From contig OY776510.1 in assembly GCA_963675665.1 (NCBI GenBank), positions 2,400,001 to 2,464,000 of the forward strand: a stretch of DNA of 64,000 bases, given 5' to 3'. Below are positions 1 through 9,729 of the stretch, piece after piece (positions within the stretch are counted from its first letter, which is position 1; each line of letters starts with the position of its first letter). The position numbers and the translations under genes were made by a program. Under the pieces are notes generated by a model that was given only the letters and a program-made list of their open reading frames with translations, was not told the DNA's origin and made no database searches. This DNA comes from Spirochaetia bacterium (GTDB lineage Bacteria > Spirochaetota > Spirochaetia > UBA9216).

Positions 1-2
1 AT

Positions 3-698
3 TCGGCGAGGAAGATTGTAGATGATGTATCGATTGATATCAAGGCGGGCGAGGTGGTAGGCATTGCCGGCCTGATGGGTGCCGGAAGAACTGAATTCGC
101 AATGAGCGTGTTTGGACGATCGTACGGACGAAATATCAGCGGGCAGGTTTTTAAGGATGGAAAAGAGATATCTGTCAAAACCGTTGCCGATGCTATTAAA
201 AATAAAATTGCATATATTTCGGAAGATCGGAAAAAATTCGGGCTAGTACTTATCAATGATATTTCTGAAAATATAACTTTAACCAATCTTGAAAAAATAT
301 CCAGTTTATTTGTACTGGATGAAAACAGAGAGATCCTTGCTGCTGAAAAAGCTGTTGAGATGTTTAAGATAAAATGCACCAGTATCCTGCAGAAAACCGG
401 CCAATTAAGCGGTGGGAACCAGCAGAAAGTGGTGTTGAGCAAATGGATTTTTTCAGAGGCTGATATTCTTATTATGGATGAACCGACAAGAGGTATAGAT
501 GTCGGGGCAAAAAATGAAGTCTATAAAATTATTAATGATCTCGCAGCACAGGGAAAATCAATACTATTAATATCCTCTGAACTGCCTGAAATTCTTGGCG
601 TATGCGATCGGATATACGTAATGAGTGAGGGCAGGATAAAGGGGGAAATGTCCCGGCAGGAAGCAACCCAGGAAAAAATAATGAAACTGGTTGTCTGA
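3..698 (+). CDS. Sugar ABC transporter ATP-binding protein, GguA/MmsA type (5' part outside window)
   Basis: Frame is open from base 3 ([31 protein letters not shown]). Second ABC domain with LSGGNQQK signature and [12 protein letters not shown] Walker B. Followed by a GguB-like permease. Confidence 0.9.
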   Translation, partial: SARKIVDDVSIDIKAGEVVGIAGLMGAGRTEFAMSVFGRSYGRNISGQVFKDGKEISVKTVADAIKNKIAYISEDRKKFGLVLINDISENITLTNLEKISSLFVLDENREILAAEKAVEMFKIKCTSILQKTGQLSGGNQQKVVLSKWIFSEADILIMDEPTRGIDVGAKNEVYKIINDLAAQGKSILLISSELPEILGVCDRIYVMSEGRIKGEMSRQEATQEKIMKLVV

Positions 699-712
699 CC
701 GGGGCTTGGAGG

Positions 713-810
713 AATGATAAAAAGTCCTCCATGACTTTTTATCATTTTGAAGTTTAAAAAGAAGACTTTTTAAACTTCACTTCTGAAGCCAGCCTTCCAT
801 GGCTGGAGTT
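713..810. repeat. Multi-hairpin intergenic element, copy A
   Basis: Perfect 14-bp stem 713-746 (loop CTCCAT), perfect 14-bp stem 748-779 (TGAAGT.., loop AAGA), 6-bp stem 789-806 (loop TTCCAT), ending in CTGGAGTT. Confidence 0.8.
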
Positions 811-827
811 TTTTATAGGAGGAAAGA

Positions 828-2075
828 ATGAGTACGAATGCAGAAATGAAAGAAGAGAATATTACAGCCAAACCTGAAGCAGCTGTTTCTGAAAAGCCGC
901 AGAAAAGTAATTCAGGTATGCTTAAAGTATTATTGCAGAATAATATCCGTCAATACGGAATGATAATAGCATTGATAGTAATTACTGGGCTGTTTCAGCT
1001 GCTGACGGGCGGAATATTGCTTAAGCCTCTTAATGTAACGAATATAGTGCTTCAAAATAGTTATATTCTGATACTTGCAATCGGAATGCTTCCGGTGATT
1101 TTAACCGGAGATATTGATCTTTCGGTAGGGTCCGTTGCCGCCTTTGTGGGAGCTATTACAGCCGTTTTAATGGTCAACCACGATTTTGGTTTCTGGGCTA
1201 CTTTGTTAATCGGTCTTCTGATGGGTCTTATGGTTGGTGCCTGGCAGGGATTCTGGATTGCCATCGTTAAAATTCCCGCTTTTATAGCCACTCTTTCCTC
1301 GATGCTGGTTTTTAGAGGCCTAACAATGGTTATTCTTGACGGCCGTTCAATAGGTCCTTTTTCCGACAGTTTCAGGGCGATGAGTTCAAGTTTTATTCCC
1401 GATTTTCTGTCGGGTGAATCCCTGCATATGACATCAATAATCATAGGTGTTGCCATATGTGCTGTTTTTATAATAATCGAGATTCTTAACAGGCGGGCCA
1501 AAAAAAGTTACGGTTTTGATATTCTGCCTTCCGTGTTTGTTTTAATAAAGCTTGTTCTCGTGTGCGGAGCTGTTATGGCTCTTGCTGTCGAATTTGCCTC
1601 TTATAAAGGAATACCTACTCTTCTTGTAATGCTTGGCGTTCTGTTCGTGATTTATACTTTTATTACAAGTAACACGGTAATAGGTCGCAGAGTATACGCA
1701 TTGGGTGGGAATGAGAAAGCAGCTGCTCTATCAGGGATAAATATTAAGCAGTTGAAGTTTATTATATTCTGCAATATGGGAGTTTTGTCTGCTGTTGCCG
1801 GAATGGTTTTTGCGGCAAGATTAAATGCCGGAACACCTAAAGCCGGTACCAATTTTGAGCTGGACGCAATAGCTGCATGTTTTATAGGTGGGGCTTCAAC
1901 CAAAGGCGGGATCGGTACAATTGCAGGAGCCATGATAGGCGGTCTTATAATGGGCGTTATTAATAACGGAATGTCCATCGTTGGAATAGCGATAGACTGG
2001 CAACAGGCAATTAAGGGTCTTGTTTTACTTCTTGCAGTTGCCTTTGACATCTACACAAAGAGCAAGGAAAGATAA
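828..2075 (+). CDS. Monosaccharide ABC transporter permease, GguB/MmsB type
   Basis: BPD_transp_2 motifs (GDIDLSVGS, IPAFIATL, GRRVYALGGNEKAAALSGI, FELDAIAACFIGG). AGGAGG SD upstream. Confidence 0.92.
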   Translation: MSTNAEMKEENITAKPEAAVSEKPQKSNSGMLKVLLQNNIRQYGMIIALIVITGLFQLLTGGILLKPLNVTNIVLQNSYILILAIGMLPVILTGDIDLSVGSVAAFVGAITAVLMVNHDFGFWATLLIGLLMGLMVGAWQGFWIAIVKIPAFIATLSSMLVFRGLTMVILDGRSIGPFSDSFRAMSSSFIPDFLSGESLHMTSIIIGVAICAVFIIIEILNRRAKKSYGFDILPSVFVLIKLVLVCGAVMALAVEFASYKGIPTLLVMLGVLFVIYTFITSNTVIGRRVYALGGNEKAAALSGINIKQLKFIIFCNMGVLSAVAGMVFAARLNAGTPKAGTNFELDAIAACFIGGASTKGGIGTIAGAMIGGLIMGVINNGMSIVGIAIDWQQAIKGLVLLLAVAFDIYTKSKER

Positions 2076-2130
2076 GAACTATTCTCGACAAATAGAAATC
2101 AATAGATAAATAATCCACAGGAGAAGAAAA

Positions 2131-3324
2131 ATGGCAGGCGGACCAGGTGCGTATTTAATTGGCGACGAAGAAAAAAAAGAGCTGCTGGAAGTAATAGACT
2201 CAAAGTATCTGTTCAGGTACGGTGCGGCGGATGACAGGAATTATAAACACAAGGTTGTTTCATTTGAAAAGGAATTGTCGGGTTATCTGGGGACAGAATA
2301 TACGGTTGCTACAAGCAGCGGAACAGGCGCTCTGATGTGCTGTTTGTCGGCATTGAATATCTCCGGAGGAGATGAAGTTCTTGTGCCGGGATATACGTTC
2401 ATTGCATCAATATCATCGATAATACTTTCCAATGCAACTCCGGTTCTGGTGGAAGTGGATGAATCTCTTACAATGGACCCGCGTGACATTGAAAAAAAGA
2501 TTACCAAAAAAACAAAAGCAATAATGCCGGTTCATATGCTGGGAAATCCTTGTAAAATGGATGAAATCAAATCGATTGCCGAAAAGTACAACCTGTATAT
2601 TATTGAAGATTGTTGCCAGGCTTTCGGTGCGTCTTATAAAGGGTTGAAGTGCGGAAATTACGGAGATATAGCTGCGTATTCATTGAATATATTTAAAACA
2701 ATAACCGCCGGAGACGGGGGTGCTGTTGCAACAAGCAGTTACAATTTATATGAAAGAGCTTTTGGTTTTCATGACCAGGGGCATAAACCTTCAAGGATGG
2801 GCGTTGAGGTTGGTAACAGGAATATAGTCGGTATGAATCTTCGAATGAATGAATTGACCGGGGCTGTATCATTGGCCCAGTTGAAGAAGCTGGATATGAT
2901 TTTAAAACTGCTCAGAAGGAATAAGGCCAGGTTTAAAAGAGGATTGAAAACGTCGCCGCACTATGCTTTCAGGGTTATAAATGATGAGAAAGGGGAGTGC
3001 GCCACATTATTGACATTAATATTCAAGACAAAGGAACTCGCTGAGAAAGTGGGTGGAGAACTGGGGATTAAACCGCTGTCTTATTCCGGGTGGCATGTTT
3101 ATAATAATATGGAACAGATTCTTGTTCACGAATCACTGTCAAAGAATATACTGCCGCAAACGGATGATATACTGTCCCGTTCAATTAATATAAGTGTCGG
3201 GGTTGTTGACAGCGGTTTGGGAGCGGGATTCGGTGTAAATATTAATTCCACTGATAAAGAAATCGATGAAGCTGCAAAAAGGTTGAGTTGTGTTATTCAA
3301 AATTCCGTCGGAGGAAAATCATGA
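2131..3324 (+). CDS. DegT/DnrJ/EryC1/StrS-family PLP aminotransferase
   Basis: Motifs SSGTGAL, GDEVLVPGYTFIAS, IMPVHMLG, IEDCCQAFG, SLNIFKTITAGDGG (PLP lysine), GMNLRMNE. Confidence 0.92.
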   Translation: MAGGPGAYLIGDEEKKELLEVIDSKYLFRYGAADDRNYKHKVVSFEKELSGYLGTEYTVATSSGTGALMCCLSALNISGGDEVLVPGYTFIASISSIILSNATPVLVEVDESLTMDPRDIEKKITKKTKAIMPVHMLGNPCKMDEIKSIAEKYNLYIIEDCCQAFGASYKGLKCGNYGDIAAYSLNIFKTITAGDGGAVATSSYNLYERAFGFHDQGHKPSRMGVEVGNRNIVGMNLRMNELTGAVSLAQLKKLDMILKLLRRNKARFKRGLKTSPHYAFRVINDEKGECATLLTLIFKTKELAEKVGGELGIKPLSYSGWHVYNNMEQILVHESLSKNILPQTDDILSRSINISVGVVDSGLGAGFGVNINSTDKEIDEAAKRLSCVIQNSVGGKS

Positions 3325-4457
3325 TTAATGCAGGTGTTATCGGGGCCGGGTATATTGGAAAGATACATCTTGATGCACTGAAAAGAATCAGCGGTGTGAA
3401 TATCAAGGCCGTCAGTGACATCAATCCAGAGTTTGCGCAGTCTGCGGCGGTGCATTTTGATGTTTCGGTTGCTGTACAAGATTATAAGGAAATTATTAAT
3501 GACAGTACTATTGATGTGATTCACAACTGTACTCCGAATAAATATCATTTTGATATAACTGAATCAGCCCTCGCAGCGGGAAAGCATGTAATGAGCGAGA
3601 AGCCTCTTGCCATGAATATCGTACAGGCTGAAGAGCTCTGTAATCTGGCTGAATCAAAAAAAGCCGTAACAGGTGTTAATTTTTGTTATCGATATTACCC
3701 GCTTGTTCAGGAGATGGCTGCAAGATTCAGACGGGGAGATGCGGGGGCTTTGCAGCTTGTTACAGGCACATGGTTTCAGGACTGGCTTTCAAGGGAAACT
3801 GATTATTCCTGGAGGCTTGATCGGGCGGAAGGGGGCGATTCGAATATAGCGGCAGATCTTGGCAGTCACTGGTTTGATCTTGTGCAATTTGTTACAGGGC
3901 AAAAGGTTAAAGAGGTTTTTGGAGATTTCCAGACGATCATAAAAGAAAGAAAAAAGCCAAAAATACAGGCGCTGGCTTTTCAGAAGACAGATTCTATTGA
4001 ATACGATTCGGTTGATGTTGAAGTAGAAGATTATGCTTCCATTCTTTTTCATTTTCAGAATGGAAGGCCCGGCTCGTTTACGGCAAGCCAGGTATGCAAC
4101 GGGAGAAAATCGGATACTGAATTCCAGATTTACGGATCAAAGTGTTCAATGGCCTGGAACCATAATGCCTCAGATAAAATATGGATAGGTTACAGGGACA
4201 AGGCTAACGAAGTTTTGACCGAATCACCTGTTTTGCAAATGGAGTCTACGGCTCGGTATGCTACGCTTCCTTCAGGGCATCCGGTAGGCTACTATGGCGC
4301 AGTACTGAATTTATTTAACGACTTTTATAATGCTGTTAAACAGAATTCTGTTCCCAACGAACTCGGGCGCCCGACTTTTGAAACCGGGTTTGAAGAAATG
4401 TGTATTTTGAAAGCAATACTGAAAAGTGTGAAAGAGAAGACCTGGGTTTTAGTATAG
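3321..4457 (+). CDS. Gfo/Idh/MocA-family NAD(P) oxidoreductase (paralog 1)
   Basis: GAGYIG Rossmann motif, EKPLA, DLGSHWFD. ATG at 3321 overlaps the upstream stop (ATGA) and has a GGAGG SD. Confidence 0.92.
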   Translation: MINAGVIGAGYIGKIHLDALKRISGVNIKAVSDINPEFAQSAAVHFDVSVAVQDYKEIINDSTIDVIHNCTPNKYHFDITESALAAGKHVMSEKPLAMNIVQAEELCNLAESKKAVTGVNFCYRYYPLVQEMAARFRRGDAGALQLVTGTWFQDWLSRETDYSWRLDRAEGGDSNIAADLGSHWFDLVQFVTGQKVKEVFGDFQTIIKERKKPKIQALAFQKTDSIEYDSVDVEVEDYASILFHFQNGRPGSFTASQVCNGRKSDTEFQIYGSKCSMAWNHNASDKIWIGYRDKANEVLTESPVLQMESTARYATLPSGHPVGYYGAVLNLFNDFYNAVKQNSVPNELGRPTFETGFEEMCILKAILKSVKEKTWVLV

Positions 4458-4485
4458 ATGTTGAGGAAGATTGCTAAAAGATTTT

Positions 4486-4520
4486 GCCCGGAAGAATAAA
4501 CATTCTCCCGGGCTTTTTGT
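4486..4520. terminator. Intrinsic terminator between convergent genes
   Basis: GCCCGGAAGAAT..ATTCTCCCGGGC stem followed by TTTTTGT. Confidence 0.6.
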
Positions 4521-4527
4521 GCCAGTC

Positions 4528-5760
4528 TTATTTTTCAGATTCCTCTGATTTCTTCCTGAGGAACCTGTAAAAGGCTCTCAAACCGGCTCCGTAGGCATCG
4601 TCTGATTCATTATAATCACAGTAGATTGTTTCGTAGTCAATCAGTAGTTCCGGAAGCAGTTCATATACAATTTTTTGTTCCAGCGATTCTTTAAAAAAGT
4701 TTCCCAGAATTGAGCTGTATCCGCTGATTAGTATCTTCTGGGGATTATATAGTTTGATCAAAGTGCAGCACGCGTTCCCGATAAAATTTCCGACTTCGTG
4801 AAGCGTATTTATTGCAAGTCTGTCTCCGCTTTCAGCCGCCTCTTTTATCAGCTCAATAGTTATGCCTGTCGCTCCTTCTTCAAGGTATTGCGACATGCTT
4901 GATATTACACCTTCTTTTAAACGATCATTAATTACTCTGATGATGCCGGTAGGGGAAATAATGGATTCAAGACAGCCGATTTTGCCGCAACTGCACCTGT
5001 ATGAGTTGTTGTTAACGGAAATGTGGCCTATCTCTCCGGCTGTGCCGTGATTCCCGATATATAATTCGCCGTTTATAAAGATGCCCGATCCGATTCCGTT
5101 GCCAAGGTAGAGCAGTACAAAATTATCAAGATCTTTTCCCTTTCCTGTGTTTTTTTCCAGGAAGGTAACTGATCGAGCCCTGTCGTCGATAAAAAATGGA
5201 AGGTGTGTAAAATTTTCAAGCATTTCAGCAATTTTTACGGGTTTAAGGATTCCGTGATGCGGACCGCTAAGCCATGTACCCCTTTTGGAATCAACCATAC
5301 CGGTTAACGCCATGCAGGCAGCCGATATGGTTTTATTCTCTGCGGTATATTCCGAGACTATTTTATTAATACAGGTTCCAATTGTTTCAACAAGATAAGC
5401 CGGAATGTCAGTCTCGGCAGGAATTTCCAAAGAGAATTTTTTGGAAAACACAAGTTTCTTTTCACAATCGGTTATTGCTATATAAAAATATTCTGCTTCA
5501 AGGGCTATTCCAAGGGTGTAAAAGACCTCGGCGGTCAGGGTGTAAATAATCGAGGGGCGGCCCGTTCCGGATTGTTGTTTCCCTTCTTTTTTTATAACTC
5601 CCATTTTCTCAAGTTCGTTAAGGAGTTCTGTAATCTTGATTATACTGAAGCCCGTAGTCTCCGACAGGGAGGCCCTTGTCGGAACGGACAGCTTAAATAT
5701 CGAATCTATTATTTTTATTTGGTCTTTTGTAAATTCCACTTCATAAGCCTCGGCCAACAT
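4528..5760 (-). CDS. ROK-family transcriptional regulator (NagC/XylR type)
   Basis: N-terminal wHTH (TRASLSETTGFS..SGTGRPS). ROK motif GIGSGIFING..AGEIGHI..CSCGKIGCLE. Confidence 0.92.
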   Translation of the reverse strand: MLAEAYEVEFTKDQIKIIDSIFKLSVPTRASLSETTGFSIIKITELLNELEKMGVIKKEGKQQSGTGRPSIIYTLTAEVFYTLGIALEAEYFYIAITDCEKKLVFSKKFSLEIPAETDIPAYLVETIGTCINKIVSEYTAENKTISAACMALTGMVDSKRGTWLSGPHHGILKPVKIAEMLENFTHLPFFIDDRARSVTFLEKNTGKGKDLDNFVLLYLGNGIGSGIFINGELYIGNHGTAGEIGHISVNNNSYRCSCGKIGCLESIISPTGIIRVINDRLKEGVISSMSQYLEEGATGITIELIKEAAESGDRLAINTLHEVGNFIGNACCTLIKLYNPQKILISGYSSILGNFFKESLEQKIVYELLPELLIDYETIYCDYNESDDAYGAGLRAFYRFLRKKSEESEK

Positions 5761-5864
5761 TTATAACATGTTGCTGATAAATTGACAACATAGTTTAATA
5801 ATGAATATAACAAACTATTCAAAATTTATGCCTATTTAAGTATAATTATAGTTTAAGTATATGT

Positions 5865-7001
5865 TTATACAGATGTCCATGCCTTTTTTTCATTACTCCT
5901 TATAATCGCGTCAAGAATTACCATTTCTTCATATCCCGTGCGGAAGTCAGGGCGACCGAGTTTATTATTTTCAGTTCCGTTTTTAACTGTATTATAGAAA
6001 TCCTTAAACAGGTTCAGTACTGCGCTGTAATAGCCAACGGGGTGACCCGTCGGGAGTGTCGCATATTTTGCAGTGGACGGATCCTGTAATAAAGGGGATT
6101 CGGTAAGGATTTCATTAGCTTTTTCCCGATGCCCAATCCATAACTTGTCCGCATATTTATGGTTCCATGCCATTGAGTACTTTGAGCCGTAAATTTGAAA
6201 TTCGGTGTCGGACTTTCTTCCGTTGCATATCTGGCTTGTAGTAAAGGAGCCCGGTTTTCCGTTTGAAAAGCGGAAAAGTATTGAAGAGTAATCATCAACT
6301 TCAATATCTACAGTCTCGTATCCTTCCGATTTAGCCTTTTCGAAAGCAAGAACCTGCTGTTTCGGCTTTTTTCTTTGTTTTATAAGCGTACGCATGTCTC
6401 CGAAGACTTCGATGATTTTTTCTCCTGTAACAAACTGTACCAAATCGAACCAATGACTGCCCAAATCTGCTGTTGTGTTGGATATTCCGCCTTCGGACTT
6501 GTCAAGCCTCCATGAATAATCAGTTTCTTTTGAAAGCCAGTCCTGAAACCATGTTCCCGTTGCAAACTGTAAATCTCCTGCATCTCCGCGCCTGAATCTT
6601 GCAGCCATTTCCTGAACGACCGGATAATACCGGTAACAGAAATTTACGCCGGTCACCGCCCGCTTTGATTCCGCAAGATTAGTAAGCTCTTCAGCTTCCT
6701 TCAGTGTCATAGCAAGAGGTTTCTCGCTTAATACATTCTTGCCTACAAGAAGAGCTTCTCTTGTTATGTCGTAATGATACTTGTTGGGGGTGCAATTGTG
6801 TATTACGTCGATATCCGGCGATTCGATTATCTCCTTGTAATCTGTTGCCGTTTTGCTGACGTCGAATTCGGCAGCAGTTGTTTCTGCAAGTTTTCTGTTT
6901 GAATCGGTTACAGCCAGAACTTTGACTCCGCTGATTCTTTTCAGGGCGTCGATATGTACTCTGCCGATATAACCTGTTCCGATAACTCCGATATTTATCA
7001 T
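5865..7001 (-). CDS. Gfo/Idh/MocA-family NAD(P) oxidoreductase (paralog 2)
   Basis: Same motifs and same length (378 aa) as 3321..4457. AAAGGAG SD. Confidence 0.92.
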   Translation of the reverse strand: MINIGVIGTGYIGRVHIDALKRISGVKVLAVTDSNRKLAETTAAEFDVSKTATDYKEIIESPDIDVIHNCTPNKYHYDITREALLVGKNVLSEKPLAMTLKEAEELTNLAESKRAVTGVNFCYRYYPVVQEMAARFRRGDAGDLQFATGTWFQDWLSKETDYSWRLDKSEGGISNTTADLGSHWFDLVQFVTGEKIIEVFGDMRTLIKQRKKPKQQVLAFEKAKSEGYETVDIEVDDYSSILFRFSNGKPGSFTTSQICNGRKSDTEFQIYGSKYSMAWNHKYADKLWIGHREKANEILTESPLLQDPSTAKYATLPTGHPVGYYSAVLNLFKDFYNTVKNGTENNKLGRPDFRTGYEEMVILDAIIRSNEKKAWTSV

Positions 7002-7037
7002 AGATATGCTCCTTTCAAAATAATGCTAATGGCAATT

Positions 7038-7060
7038 TAGTTATTTGTCAAACCAAACTA
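7038..7060. promoter_or_regulatory. Putative ROK (XylR-like) operator
   Basis: TAGTTATTTGTCAAACCAAACTA resembles the XylR-type TAGTTT-n11-AAACTA box. A related TAGTTT..AAACTA lies at 5791-5817, upstream of the ROK gene. Confidence 0.45.
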
Positions 7061-7166
7061 TGCATAAAAAGTGAAAAATGGGTGTTATTTAAATATAAAA
7101 TATATTTAAATAACCCAGAAAAACAATAAAAATTGTAAAATTAAACAAAAATCATATAAAAATAAT

Positions 7167-7195
7167 TTGACAGATGCGAATTGCGGTGATAACAT
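7167..7195 (+). promoter_or_regulatory. Sigma70-type promoter of the DegT-UroD-ABC-MttB operon
   Basis: TTGACA-17 nt-(TGn)TAACAT. Confidence 0.65.
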
Positions 7196-7238
7196 CGTTT
7201 TATAGACATACGGGGATGTGCCCGATAAGGAGAATCAG

Positions 7239-8519
7239 ATGAAAGAAAAGCTCGCCATGGAAGGCGGACCTAAAGCTAAAACTACTGCGACGTATCCGAT
7301 GTATCCGGGAGGGTTGGAAATAGGTGAAGAGGAAAAAAAGGAAGTGCTCGAAGTCCTGGAGAGAAAATATCTGTTCAGGTATTACGGGCCGGAAAAATAT
7401 CCGTCCAAGGTAAAAGAGTTTGAAACCCGATTTGCGGAAATGGTCGGGGCGAAAAATGCATTGGCTGTAACTAACTGTACCGGGGCCCTTATAACATCAT
7501 TGGTTGCCTGCGGTATTGGCCCGGGAGATGAGGTCATTGTCAGCGGTTATACTTTTTTTGCTTCATGCGCCGCTATTGTTGCAGCAAAAGCTATCCCGGT
7601 AATTGCCGAAGTAGATGAAACGCTGACGCTGGATCCTGTTGACTTTGAAAAGAAAATTACTCCGTCGACAAAAGCGGTAATAGTAGTTCACATGAGAGGA
7701 GTTCCCTGCGATATGGACAGGATAATGGCTATAGCTCAAAAGCACAATCTGAAGGTGATTGAAGACTGTGCTCAGGCTGTGGGAGGTTCCTATAAGGGGA
7801 AAGCGCTCGGGACTTTCGGAGATTGCGGCTGCTACTCTTTTCAGTACCATAAGATCATTACTGCCGGTGAAGGCGGGATGATAGTGACCGATGATGATCG
7901 CATTTATGATCGATGTATGGGGTATCATGACACCGCAGCCTGCTGGAGGCCTGAGAGGTTTGCTGAGCAGCGCTATGAAGGGGAGCTCTTTGCCGGTGTT
8001 AATTACAGGATGAGTGAACTGACGGGGGCTGTAATGAATGCCCAGCTTTCAAAACTGGATAATCTTGTTGCTCTTATGAGAAGAAATCAAAAAAGGATAA
8101 TTGACGGAATACGTGAAACAGACGGAATAACAATTCGACCGGTAAATGATCCGGAAGGAGATGTCGGAATATGCCTGATGTTTTATTTGGACAGTTCGGA
8201 TAAGGTTGAGCCCTTTGTGAAGGCTTTGAATGCGGAAGGCGTTGATGCGGGCGGCGTTTTTGATGCTGCTGTTCCCGATTGGCATGTATATTCTCACTGG
8301 AAACACATTATTGAGAAAAAAACGCCTACCGAAGAAGGCTGCCCGTGGACTTGTCCGTTTCATAAAGGCAAGGATATCGAGTATTCCGAAGATATGAATC
8401 CGAATACTCTTGATTACCTGGGAAGGGTTGTACATCTTGATATCCCATCACAACTTACAGTAGAAGAGTGCGATATGATTGCAAAGGGAATTAATAAGGT
8501 TGCGGCTCATTTTGCGTAG
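7239..8519 (+). CDS. DegT/DnrJ/EryC1/StrS-family PLP aminotransferase (paralog 2)
   Basis: YLFRYYG, GDEVIVSGYTFFAS, IEDCAQAVGG, SFQYHKIITAGEGG, GVNYRMSE. ATG 7239 has an AAGGAG SD. Confidence 0.92.
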   Translation: MKEKLAMEGGPKAKTTATYPMYPGGLEIGEEEKKEVLEVLERKYLFRYYGPEKYPSKVKEFETRFAEMVGAKNALAVTNCTGALITSLVACGIGPGDEVIVSGYTFFASCAAIVAAKAIPVIAEVDETLTLDPVDFEKKITPSTKAVIVVHMRGVPCDMDRIMAIAQKHNLKVIEDCAQAVGGSYKGKALGTFGDCGCYSFQYHKIITAGEGGMIVTDDDRIYDRCMGYHDTAACWRPERFAEQRYEGELFAGVNYRMSELTGAVMNAQLSKLDNLVALMRRNQKRIIDGIRETDGITIRPVNDPEGDVGICLMFYLDSSDKVEPFVKALNAEGVDAGGVFDAAVPDWHVYSHWKHIIEKKTPTEEGCPWTCPFHKGKDIEYSEDMNPNTLDYLGRVVHLDIPSQLTVEECDMIAKGINKVAAHFA

Positions 8520-8546
8520 GCACACACTGAAAGGGGAGTATGATAT

Positions 8547-9662
8547 ATGGCCTTGAAATTTGATATTCCTCATGGCGAAGTGGAACGAAGAAAAGATGTT
8601 GTTCGCAGAGTGTGGGACTATAAAGAGGTTGATCATATTCCCGTCTGTTTTGATCTTAAATACAATCCCGGGGGGATAACGGTTAGAGAAGAACTGACGG
8701 ATAAGGAGAAGCAGCTTGAATTGCGTTTATATAATATTGAAAAAAGTATAAACGAAATTCCTGATGACTATATTCCATCGTGTTTTCTCAATATCGGGTG
8801 TGTGGGCGTTGATGTGGCATATGGAGCGGAAGTTTTCTGGGAAGACGAAGCCAGGAATCCGTATATAAAAAAAGAAGTAATTAACAAGACTGAAGATATT
8901 TTCAAGCTGCAAAAACCTGATGTAAGAAAAGACGGAATGTTTCCGATGTTTCTTGATCTTATGAAATATGTGATAAAGGAAACTGAAGGATACATTCCGG
9001 TGTCGTGTCTGGATAATAACGGTATTACGGGGGTTGCCTGTGATCTTCTGGGAGCAGACAGGTTCTACATGATGCTCCTGGATGATGAGGCGGCCATGAA
9101 GCATTTGCTTGATATGATAAGTGATACCATCATTGAATTTACTGATGTATGTATTGAAATAGCCGGTGGTATCAACAATGTTACTTCTACCGACTGGTTT
9201 TACTTTTGGACGCCTGAAGGCCGGAAAGGGCATGTTTCCTGTGATGCCAGTGCAAATTACGGCCCGCAAATGTTTAAAAAGTATGATATTCCATTTAATA
9301 ATAAAATCTTTGAAAAATATGGAGCAGGCTTATTACATAATTGCGGACCGAATCCCTGCGGTCTCGAGTATCCTGAGCATTCGCAAAATCTTGCCGGTGT
9401 AAACCTTGCATATAAATATTCCAAAGACGATTTCGCTCGGATGAAAAAAGCGTACAGCGGGAAAAATATAATTTACATTATTTTTGATAATGAATCTCCA
9501 GAAGAAGCCTTATCAGGATGGAAAACGGCAATGGAAATCCTGTCCCCGGATGTTATCTCAATACCTATAGTTTTTATAGCCGAGGAAACAGATGATATAG
9601 CACGCCTCTATGAGAGATATCTGAAAGTGGGGAAAGAGTACGCCCGAAGAGTATGGCGTTGA
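8547..9662 (+). CDS. Uroporphyrinogen decarboxylase / MtaA-CmuA-like (corrinoid methyltransferase-family) protein
   Basis: Pattern 'LGADRFYMMLLDDEAAMKHLLDMISD', CDASANYGPQMFKKY and the Zn-type LLHNCG motif typical of the URO-D/MT superfamily. Confidence 0.7.
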   Translation: MALKFDIPHGEVERRKDVVRRVWDYKEVDHIPVCFDLKYNPGGITVREELTDKEKQLELRLYNIEKSINEIPDDYIPSCFLNIGCVGVDVAYGAEVFWEDEARNPYIKKEVINKTEDIFKLQKPDVRKDGMFPMFLDLMKYVIKETEGYIPVSCLDNNGITGVACDLLGADRFYMMLLDDEAAMKHLLDMISDTIIEFTDVCIEIAGGINNVTSTDWFYFWTPEGRKGHVSCDASANYGPQMFKKYDIPFNNKIFEKYGAGLLHNCGPNPCGLEYPEHSQNLAGVNLAYKYSKDDFARMKKAYSGKNIIYIIFDNESPEEALSGWKTAMEILSPDVISIPIVFIAEETDDIARLYERYLKVGKEYARRVWR

Positions 9663-9729
9663 AAATATTTTATAATGGATTTTATGGTGTAACCATAGGA
9701 TAATAAAAATTTTATTAAAGGACGGTGTT

